Positions 28,920 to 38,183 of a DNA stretch of 64,000 nucleotides are shown one piece after another. The translations under genes and the position numbers were made by a program. The stretch is from the IMG/VR virus record IMGVR_UViG_3300045988_083782; one strand, written 5' to 3'. Position 1 is the stretch's first letter. Every line of letters starts with the position of its first letter. The notes under the pieces were generated by a model. It was not told the origin of the DNA and did no database searches. It worked only from the letters and a program-made list of their open reading frames with translations. The DNA is from a virus.

Positions 28920-28947
28920 CTTTGATAATGGTTTTAAATTGTTAAAC
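28920..28947 (-). promoter_or_regulatory. recurrent early-gene leader motif
   Basis: Plus strand after CAT: CTTTGATAATGGTTTTAAATTGTTAAAC. Confidence 0.35.
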
Positions 28948-29190
28948 TTTATTGAACTTATCAAGCACAATACTTGTGCTCTTTTCTTTGATCTTGATTA
29001 GATGATTTAAAGCTTTCATAGCCCTCCGAATGTACTTAATTTCTTCATCAGTAAGTTCCATGAATTCACTTTCCTTATTGTGTTGAATTAAGTTATTTAG
29101 ATTACTATATACTAATGCATATCTACCACCTATTAGGTTTCGTTTGCACTGCATCCAAGATCTTGAATTCCAAACATGCTGCTTATTCAT
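28942..29190 (-). CDS. hypothetical protein
   Basis: 82-aa ORF. Confidence 0.45.
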   Translation of the reverse strand: MNKQHVWNSRSWMQCKRNLIGGRYALVYSNLNNLIQHNKESEFMELTDEEIKYIRRAMKALNHLIKIKEKSTSIVLDKFNKV

Positions 29191-29480
29191 AGGCTATCAC
29201 GATGTTCACGAAGCCAATCAGAAATATTCATCCAATACTTAAGTCCTTCTTCAGTACGACCCCAAGGAAACATTCTATTTAACCATATATATCCATTTCC
29301 ATTCCATTCTTTGTATTTACAATCATAATTCTCTGGAAAGAAAGTAGGATAATATATTAAAGAATATTCTAAGAATTTACTTAGAACCTTAAAGTGCAAC
29401 AAAGTATGTAATAGACTATACGGCATATTTACAATTAAATCATGCCTTAATTGCTGTTTTCTTTTTTTTGTTAGTTTCAT
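29187..29480 (-). CDS. hypothetical protein, tandem paralog A
   Basis: MPYSLLHTLLHFKVL...WLNRMFPWGRTEEGLKYWMNI is clearly similar to the next gene. Confidence 0.55.
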   Translation of the reverse strand: MKLTKKRKQQLRHDLIVNMPYSLLHTLLHFKVLSKFLEYSLIYYPTFFPENYDCKYKEWNGNGYIWLNRMFPWGRTEEGLKYWMNISDWLREHRDSL

Positions 29481-29761
29481 AAGCCTCGTTTTATTTTTAT
29501 GGCAGCTTGTTCAAAGATATTTACCCAAAATTCTCTTCCTTCAGGAGTGTATTTCCAATAGAATGCACTATTTAGCCATACTAATGGATTGTTACTACAT
29601 GTATAGTAAATGCTACTAAAAAAGTCAGCTTTAGTAGAAAGTACATTATTACAGTACAAACCTAATGCTTTGTTTTTTAGAAGTACATGTAATATTACAT
29701 ATGGCATATATACTAACAATTTGTGTTTATACTCCTTTCTGGTTAGTTCCTTTCTTTTCAC
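29477..29761 (-). CDS. hypothetical protein, tandem paralog B
   Basis: MPYVILHVLLKNKAL...WLNSAFYWKYTPEGREFWVNI. Confidence 0.55.
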   Translation of the reverse strand: MKRKELTRKEYKHKLLVYMPYVILHVLLKNKALGLYCNNVLSTKADFFSSIYYTCSNNPLVWLNSAFYWKYTPEGREFWVNIFEQAAIKIKRGL

Positions 29762-30048
29762 TTGATTGTATCTCCTATGAATTTATTGAAATAAATATAG
29801 TCCTTAACAAGTATAACATAATCTACTCTTAATTCATTCTCGTGTATATACGGATTGTATAATTTCAATTTGTATGTATTATCCTTGTTTTCTTTTCCTA
29901 CTATTATACAATTCTTATAGGTATTCTTCATCTCAATATAATTATACACTTTCGGATGACGATCGTGTAAATATATAAGACCTAGAGTAATAATAAGAAT
30001 CAGTATAATTGTAGTACTAATATTATTCAGGATATAACTCCCTTTCAT
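29758..30048 (-). CDS. membrane-anchored protein
   Basis: N-terminal transmembrane segment ISTTIILILIITLGLIYL. Confidence 0.45.
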   Translation of the reverse strand: MKGSYILNNISTTIILILIITLGLIYLHDRHPKVYNYIEMKNTYKNCIIVGKENKDNTYKLKLYNPYIHENELRVDYVILVKDYIYFNKFIGDTIK

Positions 30049-30260
30049 AGTGGTTCTACATTTAATCCAAGATGTTGCAATTTATTAATAGCAGTCTCAC
30101 TATCAACAGTTAAAGTTATTTCTTCTCCTGCTTGTAGTTTAGACATCATAAGAGTATAACCAAAGTTAGAGATACCAGCAGTTGCATGTTGGTTAAATAC
30201 TTTGATCGGCTCGAGTCTGTTTTTACAGTCTCCAATTTTGATTTTGATAATCTTTTCCAT
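30045..30260 (-). CDS. hypothetical protein
   Basis: Start set at MEKIIKIKIG (30260). Confidence 0.4.
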   Translation of the reverse strand: MEKIIKIKIGDCKNRLEPIKVFNQHATAGISNFGYTLMMSKLQAGEEITLTVDSETAINKLQHLGLNVEPL

Positions 30261-30395
30261 AATATCTGTATATTTATAATTATAAATGTTTACAAATAAA
30301 AATAGCAATACCTACTTCACAGTAGCATTTGCTATTAAGAGTTCTCCTTCTATCGAGTTAATAAAACGAATACATACAATCACGCTTGATTGTAG

Positions 30396-30477
30396 TGCTA
30401 GTTCAAGGATTCGAACCTCGATGGATTCCTCCACATTCTCAATGAGAATGCGCGTCTACCAATTCCGCCAAACTAGC
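30396..30477 (-). tRNA. type II (Leu-like) tRNA-like gene with aberrant, fully self-complementary anticodon arm (formal anticodon AUU, C33)
   Basis: GCTAGTT TG GCG-GAATTGGTAGA-CGC G CATTC-TCATTGA-GAATG TGGA-GGAA-TCCA T CGAGG-TTCGAAT-CCTTG AACTAGC A. The D-arm is that of tRNA-Leu. The segment CATTCTC ATT GAGAATG can close to a 7-bp stem with a 3-nt loop. Confidence 0.55.
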
Positions 30478-30530
30478 ATATGCTACTGCTATAAAAATAA
30501 CAGTAGCTAAATTAATTTTTTTGTCTTGAC

Positions 30531-31148
30531 TTACTTTTCAAACCACTCTTTAGCAGCATGATCTATACTGTAATATTTGTCCAGTGTATATATAATCATA
30601 CAGTCATCCCAAAATTTACTAGGAACTTTGGATATTATCTTAGCAAAGATAGTCTCGCAGTCTTTTAATGTAAATAGACGGTTAATATTTTTTCCACGTA
30701 TATTAACATTGATACTTTGCATAAAAAGATTTGAGAATCTACAGGTATTCTGCATAATATTATATATATCCGCTTCAGTAATACCTGTCCATATAGGTAA
30801 ACGGATGTATAGATGGTATTTTCCCATACTACTTGAATTCTTTATGTAACGATAAGCTGTATTAGTAATATAATTTTCCAAATCAGCCTCTGTTTTAGCT
30901 GCTAGCTTTGACATAAATTCATATGCCTTTGTTCTGCCAGAGTTGTAAGTATTAGAGTCAAGTACAGTTTGTTGATGTAACTCTTCTTCATATATTACAC
31001 CATCTAACAATATCTCTATAGCCTGCTCAGGTGTCAAGATATTGTCTCTCGTCTGATTCTCGATCGCTTTAACCAGACTCTTAATGTGTTCCTTTGAAAT
31101 ACCTTGTTCTATAAGGCAATTCAATGCGTAATTTGTTATTCGTTTCAT
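30531..31148 (-). CDS. hypothetical protein; N-terminus paralogous to that of 28008-28409
   Basis: MKRITNYALNCLIEQGISKEHIKSL versus MDIITRYALEQLHKEGITLDMLITAL. Confidence 0.5.
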   Translation of the reverse strand: MKRITNYALNCLIEQGISKEHIKSLVKAIENQTRDNILTPEQAIEILLDGVIYEEELHQQTVLDSNTYNSGRTKAYEFMSKLAAKTEADLENYITNTAYRYIKNSSSMGKYHLYIRLPIWTGITEADIYNIMQNTCRFSNLFMQSINVNIRGKNINRLFTLKDCETIFAKIISKVPSKFWDDCMIIYTLDKYYSIDHAAKEWFEK

Positions 31149-31172
31149 ATTTTGATAATATTAAATTATAGG
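31149..31172 (-). promoter_or_regulatory. recurrent early-gene leader motif
   Basis: Plus strand after CAT: ATTTTGATAATATTAAATTATAGG. Confidence 0.3.
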
Positions 31173-31180
31173 CTTTCGCC

Positions 31181-31399
31181 TTACCTAAAGATAGCTTCAA
31201 ATATACATTTGATTAGAGCGTATACTCCTAATAAAAAAGGAGCAGCACAAATAATTACTGCAAAGGTTTCCCATAGAAGCTCTAATATCTCTTCTAGGAT
31301 AGACTGTTTGTTGTCTTTGTTCTCTTCCATATCACTTTGAATTAAATTGTATTTTACATCTAAAACCTGAACACAAATACACGAGTTTTCATATATCAT
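31181..31399 (-). CDS. small membrane protein
   Basis: 72-aa ORF with C-terminal hydrophobic segment FAVIICAAPFLLGVYALI. Confidence 0.4.
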   Translation of the reverse strand: MIYENSCICVQVLDVKYNLIQSDMEENKDNKQSILEEILELLWETFAVIICAAPFLLGVYALIKCIFEAIFR

Positions 31400-32169
31400 T
31401 GTGTTGATATAATAGTTAGATACCTAAAGAAATTTGACACTTATTGTTCAGTTAGTGTCAGACTGTCAAGCACCTCATTAAGCATATCGAGGTAATAGCT
31501 TATTCCCATCTATACTTGCTTTGGTTAGTTGCTACTAAAGGATGCACTCACAGCGAACCTAACTGTGTCCTTACCATATGGTTTTACTATTATAATCTAT
31601 TAATGTGCATTTTACACCTAAAACTTAAAACTAAAGGAATTCTCTACTCTGGCATTATGACCCTAGGGATCAATGTTGTAGTAGCTAAGTATTTATGTGG
31701 ATAGTCCACAACCTTTAGATTCACATAAGAAACTGGTGCCCTCAATGTCTTGGGAAGTTATTGAGTTTTTTAGAGTGAGATACACATTAGGCAAAGCTCT
31801 CGAGTTTGTACGTGAGAGAGTACACAGATTTATAAAGGTCTTATATGCCCTTTTGACCTATAAATTCAATATAAGGCTTTGTAATTTCATCAAAAGCCTT
31901 TAGAAAACTTCCAGTATTTCACTATGACTGCATTTCACATAGTGTTACTTGAATCTCGCTCAAGTGCAAAGTTCTAATCTCGTAGAACACAATATAGACT
32001 ATTATTCTCTGGTCTATAAGCAGATAGTAACAAGCTCTTCGCTTCGGTGGTCTATGTTACCTAACCACGCTAAGACTTACATAGATTTTCACTATCGCTT
32101 AGTTTTCTATTAAATGATCATGATTATGAAAGTTTAGAGTATATACGCTTTCAACTTTTTAAATGATAC

Positions 32170-32373
32170 TTAATGTAAGAATTTCCAATCCCAATTTGTA
32201 TAAGGTTGAATATCAGCGTAATCATTTTCGTTATTACTTCCTGATACTAATGTATATACATATTCTGGACTGATTTCTTTCAATTCGGATATCACTTTTT
32301 CTCCTATTTGAAAGTTAGGAACTGTCATTATAGGAATGTAAGTAACTAATGATGTTGCTATTGATACTACCAT
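32170..32373 (-). CDS. hypothetical protein
   Basis: 67-aa ORF. Confidence 0.4.
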   Translation of the reverse strand: MVVSIATSLVTYIPIMTVPNFQIGEKVISELKEISPEYVYTLVSGSNNENDYADIQPYTNWDWKFLH

Positions 32374-32589
32374 GATTATATATGATTTAAATTAAATAAA
32401 ATCAAATAAATTGGAATTGGAATACTCGTAGGTATCCAAAAAAGTGCTATGTCGACATATAGCTATTGTGAGGAACGTAGAGAACAAGAGCCATATATTG
32501 AGTTGTCAACATTTTTTGCGTTTGTCGATAATGTTAAAAGGTGTGGAGTGAAAGACAGTCTTACCCACTCACTCACACACCTAAATTTT

Positions 32590-33306
32590 TTAACGTCTAC
32601 GATTGTTACCGCTTTGAGAATTGTTTTTGTTGCGCACGTTTGCTCTATCCGCAAATTCAGAACCGCCGTCGTTGTTATTGCCACGTTTACGGGCTTCTTT
32701 TTCGGCTTTCTCTTTTTCTTCTTCTAAATAATCGTCGTACGTTTGCCACACAGCAAAACCGAATTCGTCGTCAAACTTCGTGTTTTGTTTGTAGCGGTTA
32801 CGAGCTTTTCGTACAGCATTTTCTACTGGTTCGTCGTCGTCGTTGCAAAGCAAAACAACTGTAACTTGGTCAAAAAGTTTAACTTTCCCGTCGTCGTCCA
32901 ATATAACGTCGCCCGTTTGAAAATTACCGTCGTCGTCGTCTCGTGTATAGCGCATAATGTACTCAGAGCCGGAAATATCACTAACCGGTACATTTTCCTT
33001 ACACAAGTGAATCATTGGATAATCACGTTCGTTTTCTTCTTTGTCCTCGTTTTCTTCGACGATTTCGCGAAACATTTCGACAAGTTCCTCGTTTTCAGGA
33101 AATAATACCGTATGAAAAACGTTCGGAAACATAGATTTATTTAACACATTAGCATTAAATATCCTACGTCCTTTAGCGTCTTTCTTTACAAGTTCTTTTT
33201 TTTCTGAACTGCTTGCGGTTTCTTCAACGGCTTTAATATAAACCGCTTGCGAAACACTGGAATTTTGCAAATCTACCATCCTTGCGTCTACGATTCTTGT
33301 TAACAT
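32590..33306 (-). CDS. acidic protein in a compositionally atypical (visibly GC-richer) segment
   Basis: 238-aa ORF with DDDD/EEE runs encoded by GACGACGAC and a basic Asn/Arg tail. Several shadow ORFs overlap it on other frames, as expected for a stop-poor GC-rich gene. Confidence 0.55.
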   Translation of the reverse strand: MLTRIVDARMVDLQNSSVSQAVYIKAVEETASSSEKKELVKKDAKGRRIFNANVLNKSMFPNVFHTVLFPENEELVEMFREIVEENEDKEENERDYPMIHLCKENVPVSDISGSEYIMRYTRDDDDGNFQTGDVILDDDGKVKLFDQVTVVLLCNDDDEPVENAVRKARNRYKQNTKFDDEFGFAVWQTYDDYLEEEKEKAEKEARKRGNNNDGGSEFADRANVRNKNNSQSGNNRRR

Positions 33307-33437
33307 AGCTTTGAAAGGGAAGAATTTTTACCCTCTGTTTAGATACCTACGGATGTTCCTCCCATTACTATATCCCGGGGAGTGATTTATGTGCAGGTCT
33401 CCCCACACACAAAATAACTCGTAAAAATTTTTTTATA

Positions 33438-33704
33438 TTAGAAAAATCCATAATCTACTACTCCAAAAGGTAAATAGTCACAAGGAACAAAATATAGTGT
33501 CACATCAAAATCATTGAGTTTATAAGTAAAGGAACTAACTCCTAATTTAGGATTACTCAATAACGCTTTTATAAGTGCACTATCAGCATAACAGTATATC
33601 ATCCTTGGTAATTCTAAATTTTGCTCTGCTTTTTCATGTAATTTATTAGTTATGTCATCTACTACTGTACTAAGTAATTCTTTACCTTTAATTAATTTTA
33701 TCAT
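33438..33704 (-). CDS. hypothetical protein (first gene of the minus-strand block)
   Basis: 88-aa ORF next to the divergent intergenic region. Confidence 0.45.
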   Translation of the reverse strand: MIKLIKGKELLSTVVDDITNKLHEKAEQNLELPRMIYCYADSALIKALLSNPKLGVSSFTYKLNDFDVTLYFVPCDYLPFGVVDYGFF

Positions 33705-33963
33705 ATCAATCTTGGTTGGTTACACATATAAAACGTAGTAAAGTAGATGGTATATCTACACATTAACAAGCATTAACTATTATATAAAAGGCAATAAGTA
33801 AATAGTTAAAAACTGTTAATTATAGTACAAGTTAGTACAACCTAAGTAAGAACTTATACGTTTATAGGGGAGTAAGAGGGGTTAGTAATTACATAGTATA
33901 TACATACTAATTAACTAATAATCTACTCTTACTTTACTAATTACTTTATAATAATTATATACT
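33705..33963. promoter_or_regulatory. divergent intergenic control region between the minus- and plus-strand blocks
   Basis: 259 bp of very AT-rich non-coding DNA from which genes run outward in both directions. Confidence 0.35.
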
Positions 33964-34185
33964 ATGGCAAATAAGATATTAAATACTAGTAAGAGACGAC
34001 CAATTGCATATCCGGGTAAATATGTAGATGTAAATGGTAAAGACTTTTTCTTAGCAATGGAGACAGATCAAAGTAGCTGTAAAGGGTGTGCTTTCCTGAA
34101 TACAGGATGTGATGCAAATAGAACTGCTTACTGTACTCAGGGTTATATTTTCAAAGAAGTAATTTTAGATTTAAATAAAAAGTAA
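33964..34185 (+). CDS. small Cys-rich protein, tandem paralog 1
   Basis: SSCKGCAFLNTGCDANRTAYCTQGYIFKEV. Confidence 0.5.
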   Translation: MANKILNTSKRRPIAYPGKYVDVNGKDFFLAMETDQSSCKGCAFLNTGCDANRTAYCTQGYIFKEVILDLNKK

Positions 34186-34397
34186 TGTACATATACGATA
34201 AAGAGTTAGCTGAGATTATTAAGAATAATATACCAGTTGAGATAAATAGTAAACAGTACTTAATTGAAGCTAATAAGTCTGGTAGTTGTGATGGCTGTGC
34301 ATTTGGTGATCTAACAAAGTGTCCTTCTAGAGCTGTGCATTTTTGTTGCTCAAATGGTGGCAATATCCTTAAAGAAGTGAAACATACTAAGAAATAA
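34185..34397 (+). CDS. small Cys-rich protein, tandem paralog 2
   Basis: GSCDGCAFGDLTKCPSRAVHFCCSNGGNILKEV; ATG overlaps the previous stop. Confidence 0.5.
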   Translation: MYIYDKELAEIIKNNIPVEINSKQYLIEANKSGSCDGCAFGDLTKCPSRAVHFCCSNGGNILKEVKHTKK

Positions 34398-34412
34398 TAC
34401 GTTTATAATTAC

Positions 34413-34778
34413 ATGGAAGATAAAATACTAGAAACAGTTGTAAACAACTTGGAATATACATTTGAGAAAGATGTATTAGTTAAGCCTTTAGAACCAGTAA
34501 TGGTTAAGAAAGATATCACTACACAGATTCCAACAGGTGAGAAAGATGAAGATGGATTTGAGAAGTATGAAACTAAGACAGAGACTAAAGATGTTGAATC
34601 TGAATTCTTAAAGGGTGTGGTACTTGCGTTACCTACTTGTCTAACTACTCCTGAAGAGTCTACATATAAGGTTGGAAGTACTATAGTATATAACAAGAAG
34701 TTTGCAAAAGACTTTGATTTATATAAGAATAGTCAGTTGGTTAAACCTTACGACGTGATTGCCGTAGTTAATAAATAA
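34413..34778 (+). CDS. GroES/gp31-like co-chaperonin (tentative)
   Basis: Pattern VLVKPLEP ... KGVVLALP ... VGSTIVYNKK ... LVKPYDVIAVV parallels GroES IVKR ... GEVLAVG ... VGDIVIF ... LIMSESDILAIV. Confidence 0.4.
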   Translation: MEDKILETVVNNLEYTFEKDVLVKPLEPVMVKKDITTQIPTGEKDEDGFEKYETKTETKDVESEFLKGVVLALPTCLTTPEESTYKVGSTIVYNKKFAKDFDLYKNSQLVKPYDVIAVVNK

Positions 34779-34826
34779 TGACACAAAATTAAATTGTGTT
34801 TTTCATAAAATAAAAATTAATTATTT

Positions 34827-34856
34827 AAAGGTAGCTTTCAAGGCTACCTTTTATTT
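34827..34856 (+). terminator. Rho-independent terminator
   Basis: AAAGGTAGC TTTCAAG GCTACCTTT TATTTT. Confidence 0.55.
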
Positions 34857-35012
34857 TATCTATACTTTAAATGTTAAAATGTGTTAACTAAAATTAACAT
34901 CATTGTTACACCTCCGTTTTATAGTCAGTTATGGAAGACATACTAGTAGTACTGTTATGTGCTCTTATGATCACACTAGCAGTCAAAGGTTTAAATAAAA
35001 AAGATTAATAAT

Positions 35013-35390
35013 ATGAATAGTTATAAAGTAATTAAATCATTTGCAGCAGCGCGTAAAGGTGATATGCTTGAGCCTAATGAAAAAGGTTTGTTGGTTCTTA
35101 ATGTTCAGGATAAATTCAGTAGTAGATTTGTTGCTGTAGATGAAGATACCGCAAATGAATTGGTTGAGAAAGGTTACTTGCTTGAAATGAAATCATCTAA
35201 CAATGATACTAGACTTGAAGCTATCAAAGATTTCTGTGATACAATGCTTCAGAAATATGATAGTGATTTAGATGAAGTATTGAGTAAGTATAATGAAGGT
35301 CTTATCCCTACTTGTGTTAAAGTAGAAGCAGAGACTGTTTATTATAATATGACCAAATTGCTTGATAAAATTAAGGAATTAGCAAAATGA
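35013..35390 (+). CDS. hypothetical protein
   Basis: 125-aa ORF. Confidence 0.5.
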   Translation: MNSYKVIKSFAAARKGDMLEPNEKGLLVLNVQDKFSSRFVAVDEDTANELVEKGYLLEMKSSNNDTRLEAIKDFCDTMLQKYDSDLDEVLSKYNEGLIPTCVKVEAETVYYNMTKLLDKIKELAK

Positions 35391-35764
35391 ATAAACTGGT
35401 AAAGCAAGTCAATAAGACTGACCTTTACAAAGAATTCCTTACTTCTCTAAATGGAGTATTGCAACTTACTGACAGGGAGCTAGAACTTATGACTACTTTG
35501 GTCGAGCTAGACGTTAATTACGAAAAGCTCCCTGGTCATAGTAAGAATGTAATTAATACAGAGAATAGAAAATATATCAGACAAAAACTTGGAATTACTC
35601 CAGACAATTTAAGTCGATATATAGGGAGATTCAAAGAAAAAGGTCTGTTAGTGCAAGGAAAAGTGGAGGATGAAATTACTGTTAATAAGGCAATTATACC
35701 CGAAATAATTGGTGATAGAGTTCAAATCACTTTAATATTAAGATTGAAAAATGAAACAAATTGA
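35387..35764 (+). CDS. putative helix-turn-helix DNA-binding protein
   Basis: NRKYIRQKLGITPDNLSRYIGRFKEKGLL resembles a winged-helix/HTH segment. Confidence 0.4.
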   Translation: MNKLVKQVNKTDLYKEFLTSLNGVLQLTDRELELMTTLVELDVNYEKLPGHSKNVINTENRKYIRQKLGITPDNLSRYIGRFKEKGLLVQGKVEDEITVNKAIIPEIIGDRVQITLILRLKNETN

Positions 35765-36152
35765 AGTTAAACCAGGAACTATATTCTTAGGTAAAGAATA
35801 TAAATGGTATGAAAAGATTTGGTCATTTATTACTAGAAAAAAGTTAGATTATAATAAGTTTTACGTATTCGACGAAACAATGTCAATGATTGGTAATCCA
35901 AGAACATCTCGCCTAGTACTGTTAGAACCGAAGAAGAAATACTCTAACAAAGAAGTAACCAAATTACGGTTACTTAACCGTCTAGGTTGGATAGACAGAG
36001 CTGAAGATGTTTTAGCTACTATTAATACTATCAGACCAAATACAGTAGATGGCAATAAAGGATTAAATCAATTACTTACTAATAGATTCTACAATATTAG
36101 ACATCTTTCTGATGAAAAAGAATACATAGAATATATACCAGCAACTAAGTAA
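35751..36152 (+). CDS. hypothetical protein
   Basis: 133-aa ORF. Confidence 0.5.
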   Translation: MKQIEVKPGTIFLGKEYKWYEKIWSFITRKKLDYNKFYVFDETMSMIGNPRTSRLVLLEPKKKYSNKEVTKLRLLNRLGWIDRAEDVLATINTIRPNTVDGNKGLNQLLTNRFYNIRHLSDEKEYIEYIPATK

Positions 36153-36361
36153 GAAATATAACCTACCACATCAAGTAATAGAAGTAATATGTAATCATCC
36201 TTTTATGTTTGCTAATAAGGTAATCTCAGATGAAGAAGATACTAGAACACTGATGTTCTCTTACTTAGGTAAGATAAAGATTAAGAAGAAGTATGAAGAC
36301 GATAAGAAGAGTGAAAGTAAAAGACCTAAATTAGGATCTGCGGACACAGCTAGTTGAGTTA

Positions 36362-36559
36362 ATGGTCTATTACAAAATGTCTTATCCTATAGGCTTACAT
36401 AAAGAATGTGAGATACAATTAGATGATAAAAGTAATAGGATAATTACTCCTGATGAAGAATACCATCTTGATGATTACACTTACTGTTACTTATATATGT
36501 TAAGTAATGAAGTAATAGCAAATATATATAGAAGATTAAATGAAGAAAACGAAGGCTAA
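36362..36559 (+). CDS. hypothetical protein
   Basis: 65-aa ORF. Confidence 0.4.
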   Translation: MVYYKMSYPIGLHKECEIQLDDKSNRIITPDEEYHLDDYTYCYLYMLSNEVIANIYRRLNEENEG

Positions 36560-37004
36560 AATAGTTGCATACGATCCTGAGATATATCCGGTGTATTTAT
36601 ATGTTGGTACAGTAGAATGTTTGAATGAAGCTAATAAGTTGTTTGATGGTTATGATACAATGCAAGATGCTTCAAATGATCAAAATTCAGGAGATATCGT
36701 AGTATCAAATGATAATGTAGATGGCATAACAGTATGTGTTAGAGAAAAGAAAACAGGAGCAGTTGGCTTACTTGTTTTGATTAATACTAAATTAGCTGAG
36801 AACACGGTATCTGAAGTAGTTCCCCATGAATCAGTTCATGTCGCAGACGGTATATTCGATTACTTGGGAATAGTTAAAAGTAATTATGAAGCAGGTAATG
36901 AACATTATGCTTACTTAGTTGGTTGGGTTGCAGGAAGAATTAGTAATTACTTAATTAATTACACAAATAAAGAAAATAATAATGGAACAGACAATGAAAT
37001 TTGA
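36540..37004 (+). CDS. putative zinc metallopeptidase-like protein
   Basis: HExxH motif (VPHESVHVADG). Confidence 0.4.
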   Translation: MKKTKAKIVAYDPEIYPVYLYVGTVECLNEANKLFDGYDTMQDASNDQNSGDIVVSNDNVDGITVCVREKKTGAVGLLVLINTKLAENTVSEVVPHESVHVADGIFDYLGIVKSNYEAGNEHYAYLVGWVAGRISNYLINYTNKENNNGTDNEI

Positions 37005-37638
37005 AGAACCAGTATTGAAATTTAAGAAACTTAATTATGTTGAAGGAGTGGATGAAAATAATACTCCAATTATCAAAGAATCTAACGGTGTATTACCTGT
37101 TAAAGCTCACGCAACAGATGCAGGCTATGATCTTACGGCTACTAGGTTAACACAGGAGTTAGACGAAGCTAACAAAGTAATTCTAGTATATCATACTGAT
37201 GTTGCAGTAGAGATCCCTAGAGGATATGTAGGTCTACTTATGATGCGTAGTTCTGTAGCAAAGAGATCAATGATGCTGACTAATTGTGTTGGTGTAATTG
37301 ATGAAGGATACAGAGGTGAACTGATGATGAAGTTTAAACTTACTACTGATGCATTGCCTAGAGTATACCAGATTGGTGAGAAGATTGGTCAGCTTGTAAT
37401 AGTACCTTGTTTCCATGGAGAACCAGTATTTGTAGATGAACTAAGTAATACAGATAGAGGTGAAGGTGGCTACGGTAGCACTGGAAACACAGTAGAAGAT
37501 AAAGGTACAGATTTGATTTTAGAACCAGAAAAACTGCAACACAATGAACATAACACAGGAGAGTCTACAACAGGAGATAATGTATTATCAGCAGATAATT
37601 CAGAAGTATCGAATGAATCCGGAGTATGTGAATCCTAA
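36982..37638 (+). CDS. dut: dUTP diphosphatase (trimeric dUTPase) with C-terminal extension
   Basis: Motifs AGYDL, MMRSS, GVIDEGYRGE and TDRGEGGYGSTG. Confidence 0.85.
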   Translation: MEQTMKFEEPVLKFKKLNYVEGVDENNTPIIKESNGVLPVKAHATDAGYDLTATRLTQELDEANKVILVYHTDVAVEIPRGYVGLLMMRSSVAKRSMMLTNCVGVIDEGYRGELMMKFKLTTDALPRVYQIGEKIGQLVIVPCFHGEPVFVDELSNTDRGEGGYGSTGNTVEDKGTDLILEPEKLQHNEHNTGESTTGDNVLSADNSEVSNESGVCES

Positions 37639-37710
37639 CTGCTCTTTAGATAATGCAATTGAACTAGTAGATAGACTTACTAGAGAGTTTTATTTAAATA
37701 CTAGGAAGAT

Positions 37711-37803
37711 ATGATAATCATAACAGAAAGCATGATGTATTTATGGATTGCTATGATAATAGGTTGTGGATTATTCTACTTATGTAATAAAATACTAAAA
37801 TAA
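37711..37803 (+). CDS. 30-aa hydrophobic peptide (tentative)
   Basis: MIIITESMMYLWIAMIIGCGLFYLCNKILK, ATG to TAA. Confidence 0.3.
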   Translation: MIIITESMMYLWIAMIIGCGLFYLCNKILK

Positions 37804-37808
37804 ACAAT

Positions 37809-38126
37809 ATGAAAAATATAATTGACGGTAAATTAAAAGTATGTATTACTGGTGACAATATGGAAAACATACAGGTAAGAGAACTAGAGAAAAAGTGCGG
37901 TTTCTATATTGATGAAACATACATTGCTGAAGAAGACGGAGAAGTACTTATCGATGGAGAACTAGTTCCGTTTAAAGCAGGTGATATACTAGCAATATAT
38001 GGTACATGGGTTAGAGGTAACAGCGATAGATTAGAGTATCAAACAGTTGTTATTCCTAGTACAGATCAGTTAGCTATTTCGTTAAAAAAGACTATAAAAA
38101 AGACTGTTAATGAAGCTGCTTCATGA
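37809..38126 (+). CDS. hypothetical protein
   Basis: 105-aa ORF. Confidence 0.5.
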   Translation: MKNIIDGKLKVCITGDNMENIQVRELEKKCGFYIDETYIAEEDGEVLIDGELVPFKAGDILAIYGTWVRGNSDRLEYQTVVIPSTDQLAISLKKTIKKTVNEAAS

Positions 38127-38183
38127 AGAAAATCCACCAATTGAAGAGGATTTTAACCCCTGAAGTGATAAAGATAGAGCCGT

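Noticed and set aside
32449-33105. Plus- and minus-strand ORFs 32449-32727, 32463-32684, 32541-32864 and 32743-33105.
   Set aside because: These are overlapping shadow ORFs created by the stop-poor GC-rich gene 32590-33306. Only that frame gives a coherent protein in the block's orientation.
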